Part shown: piece after piece, positions 19,546-28,300 of the stretch
How the letters are laid out: every line of letters starts with the position of its first letter
Position numbering within the stretch: position 1 is the stretch's first letter
NCBI GenBank assembly: GCA_027622665.1
Contig: JAQBYT010000004.1
Span: 1-64,000, forward strand
Direction of reading: 5' to 3'
From: Verrucomicrobiota bacterium
Lineage (GTDB): Bacteria; Verrucomicrobiota; Verrucomicrobiia; Opitutales; Seribacteraceae
DNA length: 64,000 nt
Translations under genes and position numbers: made by a program
The notes under the pieces: generated by a model
Databases searched by the model: none
Told to the model about the DNA's origin: nothing
What the model saw: the letters and a program-made list of their open reading frames with translations, nothing else

Positions 19546-20405
19546 GGGTCTTTGGTTCTATTCAGTTCGTCCCGGTATTCCTTGCCGGCATTGAGCCAGG
19601 ACCGAATCTCGCTGTCGTTTTGTGTACGAAGAGCTTCACGCAGCAAACCACAAGTGTTCTCGAAGGACTCGAGCGCTAAGAGTACGGCTTCACGATTCAG
19701 GAGAAAGATTTCTTCCCATAATTGAGGGTTGCCCGATGCGATACGCGTGGTGTCGCGTAACCCTTGGCCCGCAAGCTTCCCCCATGTCGGGGACTTGTTC
19801 CCGAGAAGGTGACAAAGCCCGGAGGCCACGGCGTGCGGAAGGTGGCTCAAATGGGCTACGATTTCGTCGTGCTCATTTGGAGTAGCAATTGTAACCGACA
19901 TACCGATTGTCTGCCAAAAGTTTGAAACTAGTTCCAAGCTTTCTACCGAAATGTCTTTCCCCGAAGTAACAAAGCATGGGCGTTTATCGAAAAGGTCTGG
20001 ACTGGCATTATTCATTCCCGCTTTCTCCGATCCAGCCATGGGGTGTGACCCTACGAAGGTGGCATCGGAGGTAGGAAATACCTTTTCTGCGGCTTGGCAA
20101 ATCGCACCTTTCACACTTCCTACGTCAGTTGCCACGCAACCCGGGGGGGCAACCCTAGCTATCTCTGCGAGAACGGCTTCGATATGTCGAACGGGGGTGC
20201 ATACGACAACGAAGTCGCTTCCCTTTACCGCTTCAGCAATTTCCGAATGGTCGGTATCACACCAATCGAGACGTCGACACGCCTCCCTAATCTCCGGGCG
20301 TCTAGCCCAGACGTTAATCTCTCGGGCCAGGCCTTTTGCCTTTATGGCCATGCCGAGAGAGGTTCCGAGCAAGCCCGGGCCTATAATGGTAATTTGATTA
20401 AACAC
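19542..20405 (-). CDS. tyrA: Prephenate/arogenate dehydrogenase
   Basis: IIGPGLLGTS, TDVGSVK, HPMAGSE, HDEIVAHLSHLPH, RDTTRIA. Confidence 0.92.
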   Translation of the reverse strand: MFNQITIIGPGLLGTSLGMAIKAKGLAREINVWARRPEIREACRRLDWCDTDHSEIAEAVKGSDFVVVCTPVRHIEAVLAEIARVAPPGCVATDVGSVKGAICQAAEKVFPTSDATFVGSHPMAGSEKAGMNNASPDLFDKRPCFVTSGKDISVESLELVSNFWQTIGMSVTIATPNEHDEIVAHLSHLPHAVASGLCHLLGNKSPTWGKLAGQGLRDTTRIASGNPQLWEEIFLLNREAVLLALESFENTCGLLREALRTQNDSEIRSWLNAGKEYRDELNRTKDP

Positions 20406-20497
20406 TTATCCACTACCTTCTCCCAAAGGGCCAACCCTCCTCGCAAGAAAATAAGTTCGCTCGTGCTTGTTTGTGGGTCCATTGCTGAAGGTTTATC

Positions 20498-20692
20498 ATG
20501 AAGTACGATGAACCCGATAAGGACGAAGAAGACGACTGGGGGCAACCGCCGGCTCCCAAAACGCCCGAAAACTTGGCCAAGGCTCACAAGGCTCAGTTAA
20601 TATTGGCTGTGGTTGCGGGAATAGGAATTATTTTGCCTTTTCTGTTATTGTTTCTCATTTACGGTCCCTCGTCTTGCGGGCTTTCCGTTTGA
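20498..20692 (+). CDS. Small membrane protein
   Basis: 64 aa with an acidic N-terminus and one hydrophobic helix. Confidence 0.55.
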   Translation: MKYDEPDKDEEDDWGQPPAPKTPENLAKAHKAQLILAVVAGIGIILPFLLLFLIYGPSSCGLSV

Positions 20693-20724
20693 CGATTTGG
20701 CCTGTCCTGAAGAGAGTAAATCCT

Positions 20725-20958
20725 ATGGCAAACAATAAAGATTCCAATGCTCGACGCGGTGGTTTGCGCCTTGAGGCGATCCTAATGCTGGCCTGCCTCT
20801 GCTTGGCACTTTTACTGACGGTGCCCATCTACAACTCGCTTAACCCCAGTGCTTTTCCAAGGCAAGATCAGGATGAGCAAAACTCCACGGAAGCAAATAC
20901 GAGTAAAGAGCTTTTGCGGGAAGTCGAGCCTGTGATCCTTCAAGCTCCCGAGGAGTAA
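20725..20958 (+). CDS. Small membrane-anchored hypothetical protein
   Basis: ATG at 20725; RRGG followed by a hydrophobic stretch and a polar tail. Confidence 0.5.
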   Translation: MANNKDSNARRGGLRLEAILMLACLCLALLLTVPIYNSLNPSAFPRQDQDEQNSTEANTSKELLREVEPVILQAPEE

Positions 20959-20996
20959 ACCGCCGTTAATTGCTTTCCTTGTTCAGGCCCTTGGGC

Positions 20997-21677
20997 ATGA
21001 AAAAGAATCTTTTGATTGTCGCCGGGCTAGTGCTTTGTGCATTTGCAATCTTGGGTCTGGCCTATTGGTTGACGGTCTCCATCGGCGGTCCTGAAGCTGA
21101 ACAATGGCTTTTCGGGCACTGGAAGTCATTCGAAACCTTTCTTTTGGCAAATGGTTTTTGGCTTTTTGCCGCCATCGCAGTTTTGCCCGCTCTAATCTTG
21201 CCAGTGGCTCCTCTGTTAACCTTGGCCGGAATCTGGGGTGGAGAGAAAGGAGCTTGGCTCGCTTGCACCTATGCATCTCTCGCCGTTATCGTGAACTTGT
21301 CTTGGACTTACTGGCTCGCGGCGGGTCCGGGTCGAGGTCTGATCGAACGCTTATTAAGTCGCACAAAGTACGAGATTCCCGTGCCGGATAAGGAGAATGA
21401 GTTCGTCTGGACTCTTGTCCTGCGTTTGACGCCGGGAGTCCCTTTTATCTTTACGAATTATGCCTTGGGATTGATTCGGATGCCATTTTGGCGTTATTTT
21501 ATTATTTCGGCACCTGTTTTGTCGATTACTGCCGGTGGTTATGTTTTGACATTTGCGGGAATTTTCGGAGGGGATTGGCAATATGTTTGGATGGGTGCCT
21601 CGGCTGTCGCAGTAATCACGTTGATCGGAAGGTTGTTGGTGAAAAAAGGAAAAAAAACTGAGGACAAGCATGCATGA
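20997..21677 (+). CDS. TVP38/TMEM64 (VTT/DedA-like) membrane protein
   Basis: Multiple TM helices; LRLTPGVPFIFTNYALG motif. Confidence 0.85.
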   Translation: MKKNLLIVAGLVLCAFAILGLAYWLTVSIGGPEAEQWLFGHWKSFETFLLANGFWLFAAIAVLPALILPVAPLLTLAGIWGGEKGAWLACTYASLAVIVNLSWTYWLAAGPGRGLIERLLSRTKYEIPVPDKENEFVWTLVLRLTPGVPFIFTNYALGLIRMPFWRYFIISAPVLSITAGGYVLTFAGIFGGDWQYVWMGASAVAVITLIGRLLVKKGKKTEDKHA

Positions 21678-22875
21678 GCCAAGCATAGATTCGGAAACAG
21701 TTTGGTCGGTTAGCGAACTCAACCGGGAGGTCAGGGCATGTCTGGAGGCGAATTTCGGTGCGATTTGGGTTCGTGGAGAAGTCTCCAACTTGCGAGTCCA
21801 GCCAAGCGGACATAGTTATTTCACCTTAAAGGATGCCGAGAGCCAGATCAGAGCAGTTCTTTTCCGTGGAGATGCGATTCGGATGGAAACCTTGCCTAAG
21901 GAAGGCGAACAGTTTGCAGTCTATGGAGATCTTACCGTATACGAGCCTCGAGGTGAGTATCAGATTAGGGCCCGACATTTGCTGGCTATCGGAGCAGGCC
22001 GGTTACATCGCGAGTTCGAGCAGCTCAAGCGTAAGTTAAATGAGGAAGGGTTGTTCGATCCCGATAAAAAACAGCCCATACCGGAACTATCTCACCGCGT
22101 GGCAATCGTGACTTCTCCGACAGGCGCTGCCTTTCAAGACTTCATTAGTATTCTTCGCCGACGGGATTGGCGGGGCGAAGTTCTTCTTTTCGGGGCCAAG
22201 GTACAAGGAACGGAAGCCCCTTCGGAAATCTTGAGCGCCCTCCGTGCCGCAGAGAACTTCCCGAAAGTGGACTTGATTGTAATGGGGCGTGGTGGTGGGT
22301 CTACGGAAGACTTGTGGGCTTTCAACGACGAAACGCTCGTGCGTGCGGTGGCTGCTTGCCCCATTCCCGTAATTTCAGCGGTCGGTCATCAAATTGATTT
22401 CGTCCTCACTGATTTCACGGCTGACTTTCGAGCTGAAACCCCTTCTGCAGCCGCCGAACGGATAAGTTCTAGTTTTCTTCGGCAACGAGAGCGTCTGTCG
22501 CTTCTTGGCAAATCCCTCAAAGACGCTACAAACGAAAGATTGGACGGACTGCGGGCCAAGCTTGACCTGAGCGAGGCTCGGATTAAGAGCGTCTCCCCCA
22601 AGTCACTCATTGAAAGCGCTTACCAACGCTTGGATGATTTGCAAGACCGTCTCAGCTATGTGACTAAGGAGCAATTCGGCCGGTTGGCCATGCAACTGGA
22701 ATCGTTTGGTCAACGATTGGAAGGAAGTAGCCTGAAAAGAACTCTAGAACGGGGATTTGTTTTCATGCGAGACGAAGAAGGCAAATCCGTTTCTAGCAAG
22801 TCCGATTTGGAACCGGACCAATCCGTTACGGCCACGTTTGCTGATGGTGATGCTTCCCTACGGGTCGAGAGCTGA
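21670..22875 (+). CDS. xseA: Exodeoxyribonuclease VII large subunit
   Basis: WVRGEVSN, SGHSYFTLKD, TSPTGAA, RGGGSTEDLWAFN, SAVGH, RAETPSAAAE. Confidence 0.96.
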   Translation: MHEPSIDSETVWSVSELNREVRACLEANFGAIWVRGEVSNLRVQPSGHSYFTLKDAESQIRAVLFRGDAIRMETLPKEGEQFAVYGDLTVYEPRGEYQIRARHLLAIGAGRLHREFEQLKRKLNEEGLFDPDKKQPIPELSHRVAIVTSPTGAAFQDFISILRRRDWRGEVLLFGAKVQGTEAPSEILSALRAAENFPKVDLIVMGRGGGSTEDLWAFNDETLVRAVAACPIPVISAVGHQIDFVLTDFTADFRAETPSAAAERISSSFLRQRERLSLLGKSLKDATNERLDGLRAKLDLSEARIKSVSPKSLIESAYQRLDDLQDRLSYVTKEQFGRLAMQLESFGQRLEGSSLKRTLERGFVFMRDEEGKSVSSKSDLEPDQSVTATFADGDASLRVES

Positions 22876-22976
22876 CGTTTTTTTGACATTCCTTTTACTT
22901 GGGTCTGACGACTTTCACCGCGATTTGTGGTTTACTGTGGTTTCTCTGAAATCATTCACCACTCAAAAGAAACGTC

Positions 22977-24347
22977 ATGAAAAAATATTCTCTCTTCCTG
23001 CTCTCCGTAGTACTTGCCTTTGCTGGCGGTTTACCCGGTTTCGCCAAAAAGAAAAAGACCCCCGTCCTTCCCGAGGTAAAATTGAAGGTGGAGCTCGACC
23101 GCAAGGTTTTGCCCGCTGGGAAAACGGAGCGAGTCGTTCTTAAAATCAGCCTTGAACCGGACCAAGTGGTTCGCGACGAGGCTAATCGGGCACCCGTCAA
23201 CTTGGCCCTCGTTCTTGACCGTTCCGGATCAATGAGCGGCGAAAAAATCGAGCAAGCCAAGGAAGCCGCGATTCAAGCCATTCGCCGCCTGGGAGCAACA
23301 GATAGGATCTCGATCGTTGCCTACTCCAATCATGCCGAGACAATTGTGCCCGCCCAGTCTGCCAAGAATACCGAGAAACTCGTGGACTTGGTTCGTCAAT
23401 TGCAGGCAAGCGGGAAAACCGCGCTCTTTGCCGGCGTGAACCAAGGAGCTGCCGAACTTCGCAAGAACCTTGAAGGGGAGTATTTCAACCGCATCATTCT
23501 TCTCTCGGATGGCCTGGCAAACCATGGTCCATCCTCCACCGAGGACCTGGTTCGTCTTGGACGGGCCCTCGTGAAGGAAGACATTTCAGTCAGTACGGTC
23601 GGACTCGGTACGGGCTACAACGAGGACCTGATGGCCGGATTGGCCAAAGAGGGACAGGGAAACCTCTACTTTGCCGAGACGAGCAAGGAATTGCCCGGAA
23701 TTTTCGATGCCGAGATCGGGGATGCCCTGAATGTCGTCGCGAGGCATGCCACTCTTCGCATCGAATTGGAAGATGGGGTCCGTCCGATCCGCCTGATCGG
23801 TCGCCAAGGAGCCATTCTTGAAAACCATGTGGAGATCGAAATCAATCAGCTCTATGGGGGTCAGGAAAAATTCGCTCTGCTAGAAGTGGAAGTGACTGCG
23901 GGCAAAGCCAAGGAGAAAAAGAACTTGGCCAGGATCGTGGCCAAGTTCAAGGCCGCTGAAAATGGCCTGGTTATCTCCCGTAAAACGACCGTAAGTTGCG
24001 CTTTCAGCGAAAGGGAAAAGGAAGTGACTGCTTCCATTAACGAGAAGGTGGTCGTAGCTTATGTTGACAACGAAGTTGCCCAAGCGAAGGACGCTGCCAT
24101 TGCCTTGGCTGATGAGGGCCGGCATGAGGATGCCGTCAAGAAACTCAAAAAGCTTTGTTCGACCATTGATTCTCGAAACGTGACTTGGGGGAGTTCTTCC
24201 GTGAATGCCAAAAACCGGCAATTTCTCAGCGAACTCGAGGAACTCAAAAACGACAACGGGCTGACGAACAAGAAGCGCAAGGCTTGGCGTTCTTCCAACT
24301 ACCAAATTCAGTCTCAGCAAAAAGCAATTCCGTACTTGTCGAAGTAA
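22977..24347 (+). CDS. Secreted VWA (von Willebrand factor A) domain protein
   Basis: Signal peptide; LVLDRSGSMSG MIDAS motif, ILLSDGLAN, TVGLG..YNEDLM. Confidence 0.9.
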   Translation: MKKYSLFLLSVVLAFAGGLPGFAKKKKTPVLPEVKLKVELDRKVLPAGKTERVVLKISLEPDQVVRDEANRAPVNLALVLDRSGSMSGEKIEQAKEAAIQAIRRLGATDRISIVAYSNHAETIVPAQSAKNTEKLVDLVRQLQASGKTALFAGVNQGAAELRKNLEGEYFNRIILLSDGLANHGPSSTEDLVRLGRALVKEDISVSTVGLGTGYNEDLMAGLAKEGQGNLYFAETSKELPGIFDAEIGDALNVVARHATLRIELEDGVRPIRLIGRQGAILENHVEIEINQLYGGQEKFALLEVEVTAGKAKEKKNLARIVAKFKAAENGLVISRKTTVSCAFSEREKEVTASINEKVVVAYVDNEVAQAKDAAIALADEGRHEDAVKKLKKLCSTIDSRNVTWGSSSVNAKNRQFLSELEELKNDNGLTNKKRKAWRSSNYQIQSQQKAIPYLSK

Positions 24348-24398
24348 TCCGACCTGCGACTTGCCTTGTTGGGAATTCTGGAGCACAACCAATCCATC

Positions 24399-26576
24399 AT
24401 GCGAACGAATCGATTTGCCCTTTGGTTAGGATTGCTCGTCGTAGCGACCTTGTCGGTCGGCGCCTTGTCTTTTCTCCTGCTCCGGAGAGAAGGGGTCAAG
24501 ATGCGTGAAAACGCCGAGCGGTCCCGCCTTATGGCAAATGAATCAACGAGCCGGGCCAAGCTCTATCACGAAATGGCCCGGCAATCGCGGGCCATGGCTG
24601 AGTACGCCGAGCAAGCGGCTGAGGATTCCCTGGCCTTCCGGGCCCGCACGGTGGCCGATAACATGGACTTGACCATGGCGGATCTGAAGGAGGGATTGAT
24701 GAGTGGATTGCGGGCTTTGCCTGAAAAGAACCGGACGGAGGGCCTGGGCTCCTGGACAAATTCAAATAATTGGGTGGACCAATGCTTTGTCTGGGGAGCC
24801 AAGGAAGGATTGTCCTTTCCCTCGGGCAAAAAACCTACCGGCCTTTCCCCGCTTCGAGATGAGAAAACAGAGGATTGGAAACGGGATTGGCTAGCCCGCA
24901 ACCCGACCTTTTGGTTTCAATCGGATAACGAAGCCGGACAGGCAAAGGGCGAAAACAACGTATCCGGTGTTTTGGAAGTGCCCAATATACGCCCTTCACA
25001 GTCGCAGCAGACGGAGTTGTCGCAAAAGGTTTCGCAGATTCAAACCTTGAATCAGGAGGGGGCTCTCGAGGTGCTGCAAGAGCAGCATAAAAATTCGTCG
25101 GCCTTGTTCTCGAATATCCTGAAGAACAAGAAATCAACAGATAAGCTGGCAGAGCTTCAGAAAACCCAAAAGGCCGAGGAAAAGAATTATGGGCAGGCTC
25201 AGTCCTTTCTTAGTCAGAATTTGCCTTTCACACAGCAAAGTTCCACCGCTTGGGCATCCGGAGACAATTACAGTTCCAGCAAGTTAAACAGGAAGCAGCT
25301 TCGTCAGGAAACTCGAAACGATGCTTATTTTTTTCCTAAAACCGATTCGGAGGAAAAGCGCGATGAGGATCTCCAAGACCCTGAGTTCACTCCCCGGGAA
25401 GGTTGGGAATACGTGAGGTCGGAGGAAGGTTGTGCGTGGTTTGGTTGGAGGCAGGAAAGCCCCGTTCGAACGCATGGCTTGCAACTGGAAAGCAAAGATG
25501 TGCTAAGGAGCCTTGCAAGCGCTTTTCCGACAAACCTTGTAGATGGTGAATCCTTTGCCTTGAAAGACGATCTGGGTTCGGTAGTTAGCCGAGCGGGTAA
25601 ACCACCTGCCGAATCGGAACGCGCCGCCAAGGTGACAGTGCCTGTTGGGGTGGAACTTCCGGGGTGGGAACTTGATTCCTTTCGGGTCTTGCCTGCACAA
25701 GTGGTTCTTCCCCCCACTGAGTTACCGGACGAAGGGCTATTGTCGCGAAGTTTTTCACTCGGCTCTTCCATAGAGGCAGAATGGGGAAGCTATGTGGCCT
25801 TTAGCTCGGTCATCGCGCTTATCTTGGTCGCCGCCTTGCTTCTTGGCGGATCCGTTCTCCTGATTCAGGTGCGGCGCAATAGCTTGGAAGCCGCCCGCAA
25901 GACCACCTTCGTTTCAAATGTCTCCCATGAATTGAAGACCCCCTTGACGACCATTCGCATGTATGGAGAGATGCTTGGTGATGGAATCGTGAAAGACGAG
26001 GGCAAGAGAAAGGGCTACTTGAAAACCATTATTTCCGAAAGCCAGCGCTTAACTCGTCTGGTGAACAATGTCCTGGACTTCGGAAGGCTCGAACGCGGGG
26101 AAAAAACCTATAACAGGGAAGAGATTGAGCTGGGGGCGGCGGTGGGCAATATTCTGGAAACCCAGCGTCCTCGTCTGGAGACAGCGGGGTTGAAGCTCGA
26201 GTGGGTGGACGATTCGCAAGGAGTCGTTGCAAAACTTGATCCCGACGTTCTTGAGCAAGTACTCCTTAACCTGCTAGACAACTTGGTTAAATATGCGGCG
26301 GAGGGAAAGCATGCCGGCGTGCGTTTGACAAAAGAGACGGAAACCGTTTCCATGGAATTTTCCGACCTTGGCCCGGGCATTCCTGCTGAGCAGAGAGAAC
26401 GTATCTTCGAGACCTTTCACAGAGTGGATGATTCCTTGACCTCCAACAAGCCCGGTTGCGGGATCGGGCTGGGGATTGCCCGTAAGTTAGTCGAGGACAT
26501 GGGCGGTCGAATTACCTGTGAGGCCAACGAACCCAAGGGTGCAAAATTTCGAATTGTCTTTCCGCGATCATCTTAA
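24399..26576 (+). CDS. Sensor histidine kinase with large extracytoplasmic region
   Basis: Two TM segments; FVSNVSHELKTPLT H-box, NLLDNLVKY, DLGPGI, GCGIGLGI. Confidence 0.92.
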   Translation: MRTNRFALWLGLLVVATLSVGALSFLLLRREGVKMRENAERSRLMANESTSRAKLYHEMARQSRAMAEYAEQAAEDSLAFRARTVADNMDLTMADLKEGLMSGLRALPEKNRTEGLGSWTNSNNWVDQCFVWGAKEGLSFPSGKKPTGLSPLRDEKTEDWKRDWLARNPTFWFQSDNEAGQAKGENNVSGVLEVPNIRPSQSQQTELSQKVSQIQTLNQEGALEVLQEQHKNSSALFSNILKNKKSTDKLAELQKTQKAEEKNYGQAQSFLSQNLPFTQQSSTAWASGDNYSSSKLNRKQLRQETRNDAYFFPKTDSEEKRDEDLQDPEFTPREGWEYVRSEEGCAWFGWRQESPVRTHGLQLESKDVLRSLASAFPTNLVDGESFALKDDLGSVVSRAGKPPAESERAAKVTVPVGVELPGWELDSFRVLPAQVVLPPTELPDEGLLSRSFSLGSSIEAEWGSYVAFSSVIALILVAALLLGGSVLLIQVRRNSLEAARKTTFVSNVSHELKTPLTTIRMYGEMLGDGIVKDEGKRKGYLKTIISESQRLTRLVNNVLDFGRLERGEKTYNREEIELGAAVGNILETQRPRLETAGLKLEWVDDSQGVVAKLDPDVLEQVLLNLLDNLVKYAAEGKHAGVRLTKETETVSMEFSDLGPGIPAEQRERIFETFHRVDDSLTSNKPGCGIGLGIARKLVEDMGGRITCEANEPKGAKFRIVFPRSS

Positions 26577-26577
26577 A

Positions 26578-27285
26578 ATGAAAAAGAAGATACTTGTGGC
26601 GGAGGATGACTCCAATATCCGATCCGGTTTGCTGGACGCTCTTGAGGCGGAGGGACACGAGGCGGAAGGTTTTCCGGACGGTGCTTCCGCGATCGTTGCT
26701 TTTCGACGGGACAAATGGGACCTCCTGCTGCTGGATGTCATGATGCCCGAAAAGAGCGGGTACGAGGTAGCCCGAGAGGTTAGGGCTACCGGTTCGGAAG
26801 TTCCCATCCTCATGCTTACCGCCAAAAGCGAGGAAATCGACAAGGTGCTCGGTTTCGAAATGGGCACCGATGATTACGTTACCAAACCTTTTTCCGTTCG
26901 TGAACTCTTGGCGAGAATCAAGGCCTTGTTGCGCCGGTCGGGCAATGCCGGCGCCGTCGACAAAGCCGGAGAACCACCGGCCAACTTTTCCATTGGTCCC
27001 GTAGAGGTGGATGCGCGAAGATATGAAATGAAAGCCCACGGGCAGACCTACCCCCTGACCCCTCGCGAATTGAAACTCCTTTCCCTTTTTCGCGGACGAC
27101 CCGGGGAAGCCCTTTCCCGGGACTACCTTCTCGATCATGCATGGGGAATCGATTACCTTGGAACTACACGGACCTTAGACCAACATGTTGCCCAGTTACG
27201 GAAGAAAGTGGAATCCGACCCATCCGATCCTCAGTTTCTCATAACCGTTCACGGCGTAGGCTACCGTTGGATGGACGAGAATTAA
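26578..27285 (+). CDS. OmpR/PhoB family response regulator
   Basis: ILVAEDD, LLDVMMP, MLTAK, DDYVTKPF, TRTLDQHVAQLRKK, TVHGVGY. Confidence 0.93.
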   Translation: MKKKILVAEDDSNIRSGLLDALEAEGHEAEGFPDGASAIVAFRRDKWDLLLLDVMMPEKSGYEVAREVRATGSEVPILMLTAKSEEIDKVLGFEMGTDDYVTKPFSVRELLARIKALLRRSGNAGAVDKAGEPPANFSIGPVEVDARRYEMKAHGQTYPLTPRELKLLSLFRGRPGEALSRDYLLDHAWGIDYLGTTRTLDQHVAQLRKKVESDPSDPQFLITVHGVGYRWMDEN

Positions 27286-28184
27286 CCGATCAGTTGCCTT
27301 AATTCCTTGAGGTGTCGGGGCACGGCCGTGAAGGGATCTTCCTTGGCCTCGTACTCCAATACCACATAGCCGCGGTAGTTTGCTTTCTTGAGAATCCCTA
27401 CCAGGCGTTCCATGTCAGCGGGCACCTTCTTGCCCGACTCGTCCCGGAGTTCGACCTTGAGCTGCACGGTGGCGGCATAGGGGGCAGTGCGCTCGAATGC
27501 CTCGTAACCGTCCTTGTCTATGAAGTTCCCGGAGTCCAGGTTGACGGCGAACCATGGGGAGTCTACTCGCTCGACGATGGTTTGGAGGCGGCGCGAGTCC
27601 ATCAGGAAATCATGGTTCTCCAAGGCAAGGATAATGCCTTTTTCGCCAGCCCGCTTACAGGCCTTCTCCAGATTGCGAACCGCGTTGTCTATGGCCTGTT
27701 CCACAGGAATTCCCTTGGGAGCCTTTCCCGCAAAGACCCGGATGATGGGGCATCCGATGGCGGCGTAGTGATCGATCCAAGTGTCGACGTGGTCGTGCCA
27801 CTTGTTCAACTCGGGCCCGTCGGGCAGGGTGAAGACGTTGCGTATCGCCCCACTGCTTACGTCCAATCCGTGAAGGTGGGCCTTTCTCTTCATTTGAGCA
27901 AGATAACCGGGGGTGACGTTTTCGGGAAAGAAATAGGAAGTGGGCTCGAAGGCGTCGAGGTCCTGGGTGGCGCACCAGTCGATGAAGCTCATCATGTCCA
28001 TCCCTCCGGGAGTTCCCGGTTTGGCGGTGAGTTGTCCACGAAAGGAATAGGCCGCCAGACTGAGTTTCAATTTTGGCGCTCCGTTCCGTTTAATCGGCGC
28101 GATGGCTTGTGTGGCAAAAGGTGAAGCAAGGCCTGCGGCGAGCCCTTGGGCGAACCGCAGGCGGGAAATTTGTTTTATTTTCAT
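27282..28184 (-). CDS. Sugar phosphate isomerase/epimerase family (xylose isomerase-like TIM barrel)
   Basis: LSLAAYSFR, LALENH, NLDSGNF, YRGYVVLEYE. Confidence 0.85.
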   Translation of the reverse strand: MKIKQISRLRFAQGLAAGLASPFATQAIAPIKRNGAPKLKLSLAAYSFRGQLTAKPGTPGGMDMMSFIDWCATQDLDAFEPTSYFFPENVTPGYLAQMKRKAHLHGLDVSSGAIRNVFTLPDGPELNKWHDHVDTWIDHYAAIGCPIIRVFAGKAPKGIPVEQAIDNAVRNLEKACKRAGEKGIILALENHDFLMDSRRLQTIVERVDSPWFAVNLDSGNFIDKDGYEAFERTAPYAATVQLKVELRDESGKKVPADMERLVGILKKANYRGYVVLEYEAKEDPFTAVPRHLKELRQLIG

Positions 28185-28300
28185 GGGTCTTTCATTGAAA
28201 GGAATACTTCAGACTTTCCAAGAGAGAACTTGCCACTCCCTTGAGGTTTCTCTTGAAATTCACCTCGTAAGATTTCCATATACGATCTCCATCCCTTGTC

